Source: an uncultured Clostridia bacterium
GTDB taxonomy: Bacteria > Bacillota > Clostridia > Christensenellales > UBA1242
DNA: 64,000 nt
Reading direction: 5' to 3'
Assembly: GCA_934754335.1 (NCBI GenBank)
Contig: CAKVHY010000003.1
Span: forward strand, 419-64,418
The notes under the pieces are model-generated. The model saw only the letters and a program-made list of their open reading frames with translations. It was not told the origin of the DNA and ran no database searches. Positions 56,370 through 64,000 of this stretch are shown here, one piece after another. Position numbers and translations under genes: made by a program. The first letter of the stretch is position 1. Each line of letters opens with the position of its first letter.

Positions 56370-58823
56370 TTACAACATAACTGTAACTCTATAGAATCCG
56401 CCATCTTTAATTGTTTTAAATAAGCAAGTTTTAAGTTCTGTTTCAATACTATAAAATAACGAAATATAACCATCATTATTACCTTGAACAGAATTATCGT
56501 TCTGTTCAAAACTCTTTTGTATTTCCAACTTTCCACCGGCCTTTTCTAGAACAACATTTATTATAACAAGTTCCATATCAGATAATCCAAATTTCGTTTT
56601 AAACGTTTCTTTATCTGAAATTTTTGTACCTTCTGGATGAACTTCCAAATCCCATTGATTCTTTGAGTAGATAAAGTAACTTTGATTAGTTCCTTCTTCC
56701 TCTTCACCGCTCACATAGAACACAAGCGAGCCAAGTTCATTTTCCATTTTCTTTGCAAAATTATCGCTATCATCTAAACTAGAAGCATCTTCCACTTTTT
56801 CCAACTTATCTGTATCTAGAATAAACGTTAACTCATCATAATTCTTTGCATATCTTACAACACTTTTTAATTCTTCAATCGTTTCAGGTTTGAAATTAAA
56901 TTTTCCATCATCATTATTATTTACAGATTGATCAATGCTTGTATAGAATGAACCTTTTTGAGATTTACTATTATAGAAATGTAAATCATTAAAACTTGTG
57001 GCTGTTTTAGAATTTATTTCAGTATCTAAAATACCATAATCATTTTTAAGATCAATTCCAATATTAATAGACCTATTTAGAAGCCATGACTTACTTGCAC
57101 CTGTTAAGAAGAACGATGCAAGGTTAGATTTATCTGAGTTATTTATTTTCAATGTTGAGCCATTACAATTCGAACCCCTAAATAATTTAGGTTGCAAATT
57201 TCTATCGGTGTCACCATTTTTTATCCACCACCAAAATCCACCATAGTTGATTGTTTGGTCGGTGGCACTTAAATCACCTTCAAAGCCCGCAGTTTTAATT
57301 TCAAACCTTTCTCTAATAATATTTTTGAATAACGCCGGAACATTTTTAGGTAAAACTTTTTGCACTCCACCTTCCGTTCCGCTAACACCAGCATCGGATT
57401 TAAACTCGTCTTCACCATCAAGTTTTAAGAAGTTATTTGCATTGAAGAACATTAATCCAATGTTTGCCGAGTTTCTATTATTTATCTCACCACTTGCCTG
57501 ATAGTTTAATTGAATGAACATATCACTAAGTGAAATATTTGATTGTAATAATCCACCATAAGCACTTCCCACAAATCCTGCCACATATAGATTTGAAACG
57601 GTTTTTATATTCATTTTAACTTTTGAAATATTTCTTAAAATGTATGAATCTCTAGATGTTCCAACAAGTCCACCAATTGACAAAGTGTCAATTCCTTCAG
57701 CGTAAATTTCTCCCTTGGTTTCGTTATAAAATAGCGAACCTTTGCTTACACCACACAAGCCACCAATTGCTAATTTCCCGCTATAAATCTGCCCCGAGCC
57801 AGTATTATGCGTTCTAAAATTTATATCTGCTATGCAATTCTTAATTTCTGCCTTTATATCGGCATTTCCAGATAGTGCACCAATGAATGAAGTTGTGTTA
57901 TTACTAGAACTATAATCAAAATCAAGTTTCGCATTACAATCTTCAACAAATCCGCTTGTTTCACCAATAATTCCGCCTAGCGTTATGCTGGCAATTCCTT
58001 CACTATCCACAATAATTTCCGCATCACTAGTTTTAATACTGGAATTATAATTTAAAACTGGAGCAATGCCACCGGCGATAACTTTACATGATGATTCACC
58101 CGCCAATTCTTTCTCGTTAAAACTAATTCCGCCAAGTATTGAACAATTTGAAATACTTGTGTTTATAGTGCTTCCCTGACTAATCAATGTTAGAAATCCG
58201 ATTTGCATCACATCACTTCTAATATCAAAAACACTAATTTCATACTTACCTTTTAATCTAATGTTATCAAACTCTTCAACGTCTTGACAAAGTGCAAAAT
58301 TACGCATGTTTCCCTTTTGATCATTGTCTATTTCACCCATCAAAACGCTTAAATCATATATTCCTTTAGCATTTTTAAATAATACATGATTTAGATTACT
58401 TGTAAAACTTCCGGAGTTATCCACCTGATTAGATATTTTAAAATTTGAAATCAATTTACCATTTCCAAATAAATAACCGCCCTTTAAATCAAAAGCACCT
58501 TCAAATTCTTTTTCATCTCTAAAATCTAAATCACTCATCAACACATAATTTCTAGGTGCAGAGCCTTCTTCTAAATCATATTTGCCAATCTCTTTAAACT
58601 CATCAATATTATTGATTGCCACTGCATCTTTAACTGCCACGTGCTTAACTTCCAAACTATCTTTAAACGGTGCTTCCCAATAATCCACTGCGCCATTGCC
58701 GTTTGTATCGTAAAGCCTTAAATATCTTTCTTCTTCAGTCTCTTCTGGTTCTTCATTACAACCCACCAAAAATAACGTAAAGAATGCTAAAAAGCAAAGT
58801 AAAATTTTTGTAATTTTTTTCAT
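56370..58823 (-). CDS. GLUG-repeat surface lipoprotein (817 aa), single-module paralogue of the giant protein
   Basis: Lipobox LFLVGC (Cys22). EF-hand-like loop DTNGNGAVDYWE. Module head AINNIDEFKEIGKYDL...NYVLMSDLDF. GLUG-type repeats (IAGGIAP, LGGIIGE, IGGLCGV, IGGLVGT, VAGFVGS). Non-repeat C-terminal half. Confidence 0.8.
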   Translation of the reverse strand: MKKITKILLCFLAFFTLFLVGCNEEPEETEEERYLRLYDTNGNGAVDYWEAPFKDSLEVKHVAVKDAVAINNIDEFKEIGKYDLEEGSAPRNYVLMSDLDFRDEKEFEGAFDLKGGYLFGNGKLISNFKISNQVDNSGSFTSNLNHVLFKNAKGIYDLSVLMGEIDNDQKGNMRNFALCQDVEEFDNIRLKGKYEISVFDIRSDVMQIGFLTLISQGSTINTSISNCSILGGISFNEKELAGESSCKVIAGGIAPVLNYNSSIKTSDAEIIVDSEGIASITLGGIIGETSGFVEDCNAKLDFDYSSSNNTTSFIGALSGNADIKAEIKNCIADINFRTHNTGSGQIYSGKLAIGGLCGVSKGSLFYNETKGEIYAEGIDTLSIGGLVGTSRDSYILRNISKVKMNIKTVSNLYVAGFVGSAYGGLLQSNISLSDMFIQLNYQASGEINNRNSANIGLMFFNANNFLKLDGEDEFKSDAGVSGTEGGVQKVLPKNVPALFKNIIRERFEIKTAGFEGDLSATDQTINYGGFWWWIKNGDTDRNLQPKLFRGSNCNGSTLKINNSDKSNLASFFLTGASKSWLLNRSINIGIDLKNDYGILDTEINSKTATSFNDLHFYNSKSQKGSFYTSIDQSVNNNDDGKFNFKPETIEELKSVVRYAKNYDELTFILDTDKLEKVEDASSLDDSDNFAKKMENELGSLVFYVSGEEEEGTNQSYFIYSKNQWDLEVHPEGTKISDKETFKTKFGLSDMELVIINVVLEKAGGKLEIQKSFEQNDNSVQGNNDGYISLFYSIETELKTCLFKTIKDGGFYRVTVML

Positions 58824-58861
58824 TTTTCATTCCTTGTTTTTATTTTATTATCTCACTTAAA

Positions 58862-58890
58862 ATTTTAGCAAATACAAAATTAATTGTCAA
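58862..58890 (-). promoter_or_regulatory. Candidate promoter of the 817-aa lipoprotein gene
   Basis: Minus strand TTGACA (58885-58890), 17 nt, TAAAAT (58862-58867). Confidence 0.5.
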
Positions 58891-58994
58891 ACTAATAATA
58901 AATACATATTTATTATTTGTAAAATACTATATTTTATTGAATTCACTTTGTTTATCTTCAAACTTCGTGCTATTATTAATTGGAAGGAAAAGAT

Positions 58995-59459
58995 ATGAGA
59001 ATTGTTGTACAAAAAGTTCACAAATGTAAATTATATGTTGAAGAAAAATTAAAAAGCGAAATTGGAAATGGTTTGCTAGTTTTTGTTGGAGTGGACAAAA
59101 CCGACGATATTGCCTGCACGGAGTACTTGGCAAGGAAAGTGGCTCAAATGCGTTTGTTTAAAGACGAAAACGATAAACTAAACAAATCCGTTTTAGACCT
59201 TAATGGCGATGTTATGGTGGTTAGCAATTTCACGCTTATGGCAGAAATCGCCAGCGGAACAAGACCTAGTTTTTCTAATGGCGCAGATTTTGAAAAAGCA
59301 AATGAGTTATATCTAAATTTAGCAAACGAATTTAGCAAGAACGGCATTAAAAACGTTCAAACTGGTCAATTTCGAAGCCACATGCATTTAGAAACCTCGC
59401 TTGATGGACCATTCACAATTGTAATGGAAAGGAAGAGTAAAAATGAGCAAACTAGATAA
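58995..59459 (+). CDS. dtd: D-aminoacyl-tRNA deacylase
   Basis: MRIVVQKV ... GLLVFVGV ... VSNFTL ... RPSF ... GPFTIV. Start set to the ATG at 58995. Confidence 0.88.
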   Translation: MRIVVQKVHKCKLYVEEKLKSEIGNGLLVFVGVDKTDDIACTEYLARKVAQMRLFKDENDKLNKSVLDLNGDVMVVSNFTLMAEIASGTRPSFSNGADFEKANELYLNLANEFSKNGIKNVQTGQFRSHMHLETSLDGPFTIVMERKSKNEQTR

Positions 59460-59808
59460 TTATTTCAATGCCCTATCTAGATTAAAAGTTGCACAAGAAG
59501 ATGTGAAACTTATTAATTTAGTGGCAAGCGCTATAGAAAATTATGAGAGATATTATTCCATAAATATTTTAAGCAACATTTTAGTAACATATAAATTTGA
59601 GATCGATAAAATCAGCAAACTTATTGGAAATGACGAAATAACCGTTGAGAAGAAAGAACCAATTGAAAGATATAACGATGAAGAAATTTCCGATGAGCAA
59701 GTTTTACACGACCTACACTATGTTCGCGATTGCCTTATACTAATTTCTGCAGTAAATTATGGCATGGCTGAAAGTTTGAAAGATGCACTGCAATATATTA
59801 ATAGTTGA
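59443..59808 (+). CDS. Hypothetical helical protein (121 aa)
   Basis: ORF overlapping the dtd stop by 17 nt; no recognisable motif. Confidence 0.45.
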   Translation: MSKLDNYFNALSRLKVAQEDVKLINLVASAIENYERYYSINILSNILVTYKFEIDKISKLIGNDEITVEKKEPIERYNDEEISDEQVLHDLHYVRDCLILISAVNYGMAESLKDALQYINS

Positions 59809-59896
59809 TTACTTTAAAAAATCAATATTATTCAAGTTGATTTTACATCAAGTTTATGCTAATATATTTATATAATCATTAAAGGAGAAAATCAAA

Positions 59897-60379
59897 ATGT
59901 CTGAAATGAATGGAAAATTTGCCAATGAAGCAATGTATAAAAAATGGAAAAAAAGACTTATTATAATCGGCTCAATCTTGCTTGCTTTAGGCGTTATTAT
60001 CATGATAGTTTGTATAATTGCATTTGCTAGCAGTTTAAAAGATTTTGAAGATCCAAATAGTTTCCCAACTAAAACAATGTTTGCTCCTTTCGGCATAGTT
60101 GCAGGCTTCGGATTTATTGGTGTTGGTATAATGCTTCTTATCACTGCCCATAAAAGAGAAATTGCCTCATTCCATGTTGCCACTGTTGCCCCTGTAACCA
60201 AAGATGTTTCTGAATACGCTGCCGATGAAATCGCTCCAAGCATCTCTAAAGGAGTTTCTAAGATTGCAAAAGATTTGAAAGAAACTAAAGAAGAAACAAA
60301 ATATTGTTCAGAGTGCGGTGAAGCATGTAAGAAATCTGCAAAATTTTGTTCTAAATGTGGAAGCAAATTTGAAGACTAA
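59897..60379 (+). CDS. Membrane protein with C-terminal zinc-ribbon
   Basis: AAAGGAG RBS, two TM helices, C-terminal CSECGEACKKSAKFCSKCG (CxxC-x10-CxxC). Confidence 0.65.
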   Translation: MSEMNGKFANEAMYKKWKKRLIIIGSILLALGVIIMIVCIIAFASSLKDFEDPNSFPTKTMFAPFGIVAGFGFIGVGIMLLITAHKREIASFHVATVAPVTKDVSEYAADEIAPSISKGVSKIAKDLKETKEETKYCSECGEACKKSAKFCSKCGSKFED

Positions 60380-60381
60380 TA

Positions 60382-60414
60382 AAAAAGTAACTTTGAAAGA
60401 AGTTACTTTTTTTA
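60382..60414. terminator. Bidirectional terminator
   Basis: aaaaagtaactt (60382-60393) pairs with aagttacttttt (60400-60411), 6-nt loop. Confidence 0.6.
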
Positions 60415-60449
60415 TCTAATTTAACGTTAGATATTATGGCTTAAAATCT

Positions 60450-61904
60450 TTATGACTTCATTATATATTTCTTAATCAACGGAATTATAACCGCAAAGAA
60501 CACTAGAGCAAATAACGCCACGAATAATATCAACACAATATCCGGAACCAACAAACTTTGGCTAGTTTTAATTAAAATGCTCTCCATTTCACTTTCCACC
60601 GATTTCCCATCTTTGGATTTCATAACGCTCTTAAAAGAAACAGAATATTGCCCACCTTTTGTCAATTTCAAAGTGTCGCCTTTAATCCATTCTTCTTCAT
60701 TGCTAATCCTATAATAAATCTCCGCACCTTCATCAACCGTATAGAATTTTATTATATCTTTGGCACCAATCGTGCTAGAATTATCAAAATCTTTTTCTTC
60801 ATCACCAACCTTTAATTTACATGTTGGTTTTGTTGGAGCAATCGTGAATTCAAAAGGCTCAAACATTGAATATTCAACACTATCTTTATTGTAAACATTT
60901 TCCAAAGTTGTAGGATTTATTGAATAGTAAGCACTAAAAGTCCCAACACCCAACAATTCTGACAAATTAACGCCTTCACTTGCATTGAGATCGCTTAAAA
61001 CCACTGGTGCAATATCTGATTCTTTTATGCCCAAAACTAACCTCAAATTTTCAATACCAGTTTTGTAATAATAAGCCGATTGGCTTGTTGTGAACGAATT
61101 ACTATGATATGAGTTATTCTGAAAACCCAATAGCAAATTAATGTTACTGGATGTAAAATCAGGCTTCTCTAAACAATTTGCCATCACATTTATATTCAAT
61201 TTATTCTGCAATGAATTATCACTTGGAAACTTAATATCTGACCACTCTGAGAGGTCGTTACAACTTAAGTTTACATTTAACTCATTCTCTTCTGTTGGAC
61301 TTAACATAGATAAATCCACTTCACTCAACGCGTTATTATTCAAATTTAAAGTTTGTAGATTCGGCATGCTAAGTAATGTAACAGATTCAAGATTATTATT
61401 TGAAATACTAAGAGTTTTTAAGTTTGGCGAAACCCTAAATAAAGGATTTTCTCCGCTAATTGTTGTGATAGATATAATATTATTAAAATCCAATTTTAGT
61501 TCAACCAAACTCTCATTAAAATATAGCCAACTAAATGATGTTAATGACGTAATATTCTGGTGACTTAAATCCAGCGTTGTTATCTCTAAATCAGAGAACA
61601 AATGCGTGGATAACGATGTTACATAATTAATTGAATTTGGCTCATAACCCATTTTCTTGTTATAAATTTCAATTAACGCCCTGTATAAATTTTCATCCAT
61701 GCCAGATTTTTCAAGAGAGATTAATTCTCCACCATCATTAACGGTTTTAGATATTGTCGAACTTATATTCTCACTTTTAACCGGTTCTTCAAATTCTCCT
61801 TCTGCCACAATAGATTTTACAGAAAAGAAACTGATTGTAAATATTGCCACAACCATAAGCGTTAATAAATATATAACTTTAAAATTTTTCTTTCTTTTTT
61901 CCAT
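60450..61904 (-). CDS. Internalin-like leucine-rich-repeat surface protein with C-terminal TM anchor
   Basis: N-terminal signal/TM. 22-aa LRRs (LKTLSISNNNLESVTLLSMPNLQTLNLNNNALSEVDLS). C-terminal TM LVPDIVLILFVALFALVFFAVIIPLI. Confidence 0.75.
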   Translation of the reverse strand: MEKRKKNFKVIYLLTLMVVAIFTISFFSVKSIVAEGEFEEPVKSENISSTISKTVNDGGELISLEKSGMDENLYRALIEIYNKKMGYEPNSINYVTSLSTHLFSDLEITTLDLSHQNITSLTSFSWLYFNESLVELKLDFNNIISITTISGENPLFRVSPNLKTLSISNNNLESVTLLSMPNLQTLNLNNNALSEVDLSMLSPTEENELNVNLSCNDLSEWSDIKFPSDNSLQNKLNINVMANCLEKPDFTSSNINLLLGFQNNSYHSNSFTTSQSAYYYKTGIENLRLVLGIKESDIAPVVLSDLNASEGVNLSELLGVGTFSAYYSINPTTLENVYNKDSVEYSMFEPFEFTIAPTKPTCKLKVGDEEKDFDNSSTIGAKDIIKFYTVDEGAEIYYRISNEEEWIKGDTLKLTKGGQYSVSFKSVMKSKDGKSVESEMESILIKTSQSLLVPDIVLILFVALFALVFFAVIIPLIKKYIMKS

Positions 61905-62088
61905 TTACTATACCTTATATTAGTATGATACAAAAATTACAAAAATTTGTAAAGTAAAATAATGTGTTGTAAAATTTTTAACATTCAAATTTCTAATGGG
62001 CTTATTTTCACTAAAACATGATAACATAAGCGGGAAACACGTAAAAAGCCCTAGATTTATAAAAATTTAATTAAATTAGGCAAATCTG

Positions 62089-62117
62089 TTGACTTATTAA
62101 AAGTATTTTGTTAAAAT
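62089..62117 (+). promoter_or_regulatory. Candidate promoter of tRNA-Ser
   Basis: TTGACT (62089-62094), 17 nt, TAAAAT (62112-62117). Confidence 0.5.
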
Positions 62118-62141
62118 ATATTCGTTTTCAATAGAAAACAC

Positions 62142-62232
62142 GGAGAGTTACTCAAGAGGCTCAAGAGGGCACCCTGCTAAGGTGTTAGTGCGGGCAACTG
62201 CAGCCCGGGTTCGAATCCCGGACTCTCCGCCA
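62142..62232 (+). tRNA. tRNA-Ser (anticodon GCT), type II with long variable arm
   Basis: Acceptor GGAGAGT/ACTCTCC, anticodon loop CTGCTAA, variable arm TAGTGCGGGCAACTGCAGC, T-arm CCGGG-TTCGAAT-CCCGG, encoded CCA. Confidence 0.9.
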
Positions 62233-62235
62233 GTA

Positions 62236-62268
62236 AAAAACGGCTACATTAAGCCGTTTTTTTATTTT
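62236..62268 (+). terminator. Rho-independent terminator after tRNA-Ser
   Basis: aaaaacggct (62236-62245) pairs with agccgttttt (62252-61), 6-nt loop, then a T-run. Confidence 0.65.
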
Positions 62269-62344
62269 TCAACAATCTTTATAAAAACATAAAAATCATA
62301 TTTTAAACAACTAAAATATTCTTTTTATATGAATATTTTATATC

Positions 62345-63802
62345 TTAATTTACAACTTCTTCAATTTGTTTATTATTCTTTTTCTCGCTAATTTTATCTT
62401 TTACTTTATAAATCAACTGAATTAAAAGGAATAAAAGTATACAAATTGCAAGGAATGCCATAAATACTAAAATTTGAAGAACCGGATAGAACACCGCACT
62501 ACCAATGCTGAATTTTATATTAAACAAGGTTAAAATCCAATCACCTAATAAACCTGCAGCCTTTTCCCCATTAAACATAAACATGTAGTTTGCATACCAG
62601 AAATTATTTTCTGTTGCAACTGCAATACTATTAAAGATAGTTCCCAAAACCCAGGCACAAGCAAAATATATCACAAACCCCAGCAAGCAATCCTTTAAAG
62701 ATTTTCTATCAAGCCTTGGGAAAATTCCAAACGAAAGTGCCAATACTGGAACAACCAATACGTTTGTATGTTCAAATATAAAGTGCATATTATACAAGAA
62801 GAATAAGCCTTTTCCTTCAAAATCTGGGCTAACTATTGCTATTATTACGCCAACAACATTAATAATTACAGTAAAATTAAATAATTTTCTATTTCTAGTC
62901 ATTAGCGAAATCAAAATGAAGAATGCACCCAAATTGCATAGTTGGAAAGGCAATCTTTCTATGTTTATACTTATCGCAGAGAACATTTGAAGATATTGCA
63001 TAATAAGTGAAAGCGAAAGAACAAAAAGTAGAACCATTTTTGTGTTTTCATCTTGTTTTCTAAACAAGAAATAAAGCACTATTATTTCCAATACTACTAT
63101 TAGAATCCAAGCAAAATGTAATAATGTAAAGGATTCCAAGATCAATGATGAATAGCCAAATAAATGTTGTGGAACATAAATTGGCATTGCAGATAAAAGT
63201 ACGAACGGTAGCGATATAAAAAAATACATATATTCTTTGCTATTTTTAAAATCAAACACATGTTTTTCGTTGATCGCCAACACCACAGGAATTAACAATT
63301 GCAAACAAATAACAAGTCCAAAACAAATTGACCTAAATATTGGATTTATAAGAAAACTTTTAAACCCTTCAGAAATAACTGGTACTGAGTTTAATCCCCT
63401 GCCTGCAGTTGATGTGAAATCTGCTAAATATTCAGAATAATAACAAATTTGTGCAATAGTAATTGCGACTCCGAAATATATTGCAATATTCCTAATTGTT
63501 CTATTTTTATAAAAAACCGCAATTGGCAAAGTAATGAAATTTACTATCGCAAACCATCTAATTATTTTATAGCCATTAGATAAAGTCTCATTTACCAACT
63601 CTTCTTCCGAATAACTTAATTTAAACGCATCAGGCAACAATATCGCAACCAGCATCAATGAAGCATAAACAATTACAGAAACTTTTAAGATCTTGGTTGT
63701 AACATCTTTAAATTTTTCATTGTTTTTAAACACACAATAATTAAGAACGCAATAAAGTGTAATAAGTAATGCTAAAACAATCGATACAATTAAATAGAAC
63801 AT
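62345..63802 (-). CDS. Polytopic integral membrane protein (485 aa, 12 or more TM helices), function unknown
   Basis: Continuous hydrophobic helices over the whole length; no recognised signature. Confidence 0.6.
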   Translation of the reverse strand: MFYLIVSIVLALLITLYCVLNYCVFKNNEKFKDVTTKILKVSVIVYASLMLVAILLPDAFKLSYSEEELVNETLSNGYKIIRWFAIVNFITLPIAVFYKNRTIRNIAIYFGVAITIAQICYYSEYLADFTSTAGRGLNSVPVISEGFKSFLINPIFRSICFGLVICLQLLIPVVLAINEKHVFDFKNSKEYMYFFISLPFVLLSAMPIYVPQHLFGYSSLILESFTLLHFAWILIVVLEIIVLYFLFRKQDENTKMVLLFVLSLSLIMQYLQMFSAISINIERLPFQLCNLGAFFILISLMTRNRKLFNFTVIINVVGVIIAIVSPDFEGKGLFFLYNMHFIFEHTNVLVVPVLALSFGIFPRLDRKSLKDCLLGFVIYFACAWVLGTIFNSIAVATENNFWYANYMFMFNGEKAAGLLGDWILTLFNIKFSIGSAVFYPVLQILVFMAFLAICILLFLLIQLIYKVKDKISEKKNNKQIEEVVN

Positions 63803-63987
63803 ACCTCTTCTTCCTTCTTATTTATAATATTTTTATCAATCCTAATTGGGGGATTGTATAAATCAATAACTTTATAATTTTTAAAGCACAACGCCACAAG
63901 ATAAAATATTAGAGCAAATATTGGCAACAATGGTATCAGATAAACAAACGGGACTGGAATCAATTTATATAAAGGCTCTAGAATCAT
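63790..63987 (-). CDS. Small membrane protein (65 aa) overlapping the start of the 485-aa gene by 13 nt
   Basis: ATG start, two hydrophobic segments, overlap suggests translational coupling. Confidence 0.4.
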   Translation of the reverse strand: MILEPLYKLIPVPFVYLIPLLPIFALIFYLVALCFKNYKVIDLYNPPIRIDKNIINKKEEEVCSI

Positions 63988-64000
63988 AATTCCGCCCGGC

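Noticed and set aside
59854-60366. 170-aa minus-strand ORF antisense to the zinc-ribbon membrane protein gene.
   Set aside because: The plus-strand ORF has a strong AAAGGAG RBS, TM helices and a CxxC-x10-CxxC zinc ribbon, and is followed by a clean terminator. The minus ORF has none of these.

Overview
AT-rich (roughly 30 percent G+C by eye) chromosomal segment from a low-GC Bacillota (Firmicutes)-type bacterium of an endospore-forming lineage. It uses the standard bacterial code: TGG encodes Trp and no long ORF is broken by TGA. Nt 1-22,700, almost entirely on the minus strand, carry the conserved housekeeping block plsX-rnc-smc-ftsY-ylxM-ffh-rpsP-KH-rimM-trmD-rbgA-rnhB-yraN. Continuing in the minus-strand direction come three tandem GNAT paralogues, a CYTH-like gene on the plus strand, small membrane proteins and a lipoprotein, dnaB, a short alaS, a 2x[4Fe-4S] ferredoxin, a motif-degenerate Ppx/GppA-like gene and the 5' part of a BspA-type LRR surface protein. 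Nt 23,051-48,553 (40 percent of the window) are one uninterrupted minus-strand ORF of 8,500 aa. It has a lipoprotein signal and Ig-like regions. Six recurring module heads are each followed by GLUG-type (GG[VIL][AVI]G) beta-helix repeats. It also has an embedded alpha-helical insert of about 385 aa and a unique Cys-containing C-terminal domain. A truncated SPFH/band-7 gene relic abuts its stop codon. The remaining 15 kb hold ttcA, spoIIID, acpP, a SpoIIQ-like M23 peptidase, yabP-yabQ-divIC, tRNA-fMet, pepF, tmk, dtd, an internalin-like LRR protein, tRNA-Ser and membrane proteins. They also hold an 817-aa lipoprotein that looks like a single-module paralogue of the giant. No transposase, integrase, CRISPR array or prophage gene was seen. 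The main item of interest is the giant GLUG lipoprotein and its single-module paralogue. Secondary oddities are the SPFH relic, a DnaB acidic tail, a C-Ala-less Cys-rich AlaRS, the GNAT triplication, an untracked 57-aa ORF with perfect expression signals, and a structured intergenic element next to tRNA-fMet. All calls come from reading the sequence and translations by eye; no searches were run.
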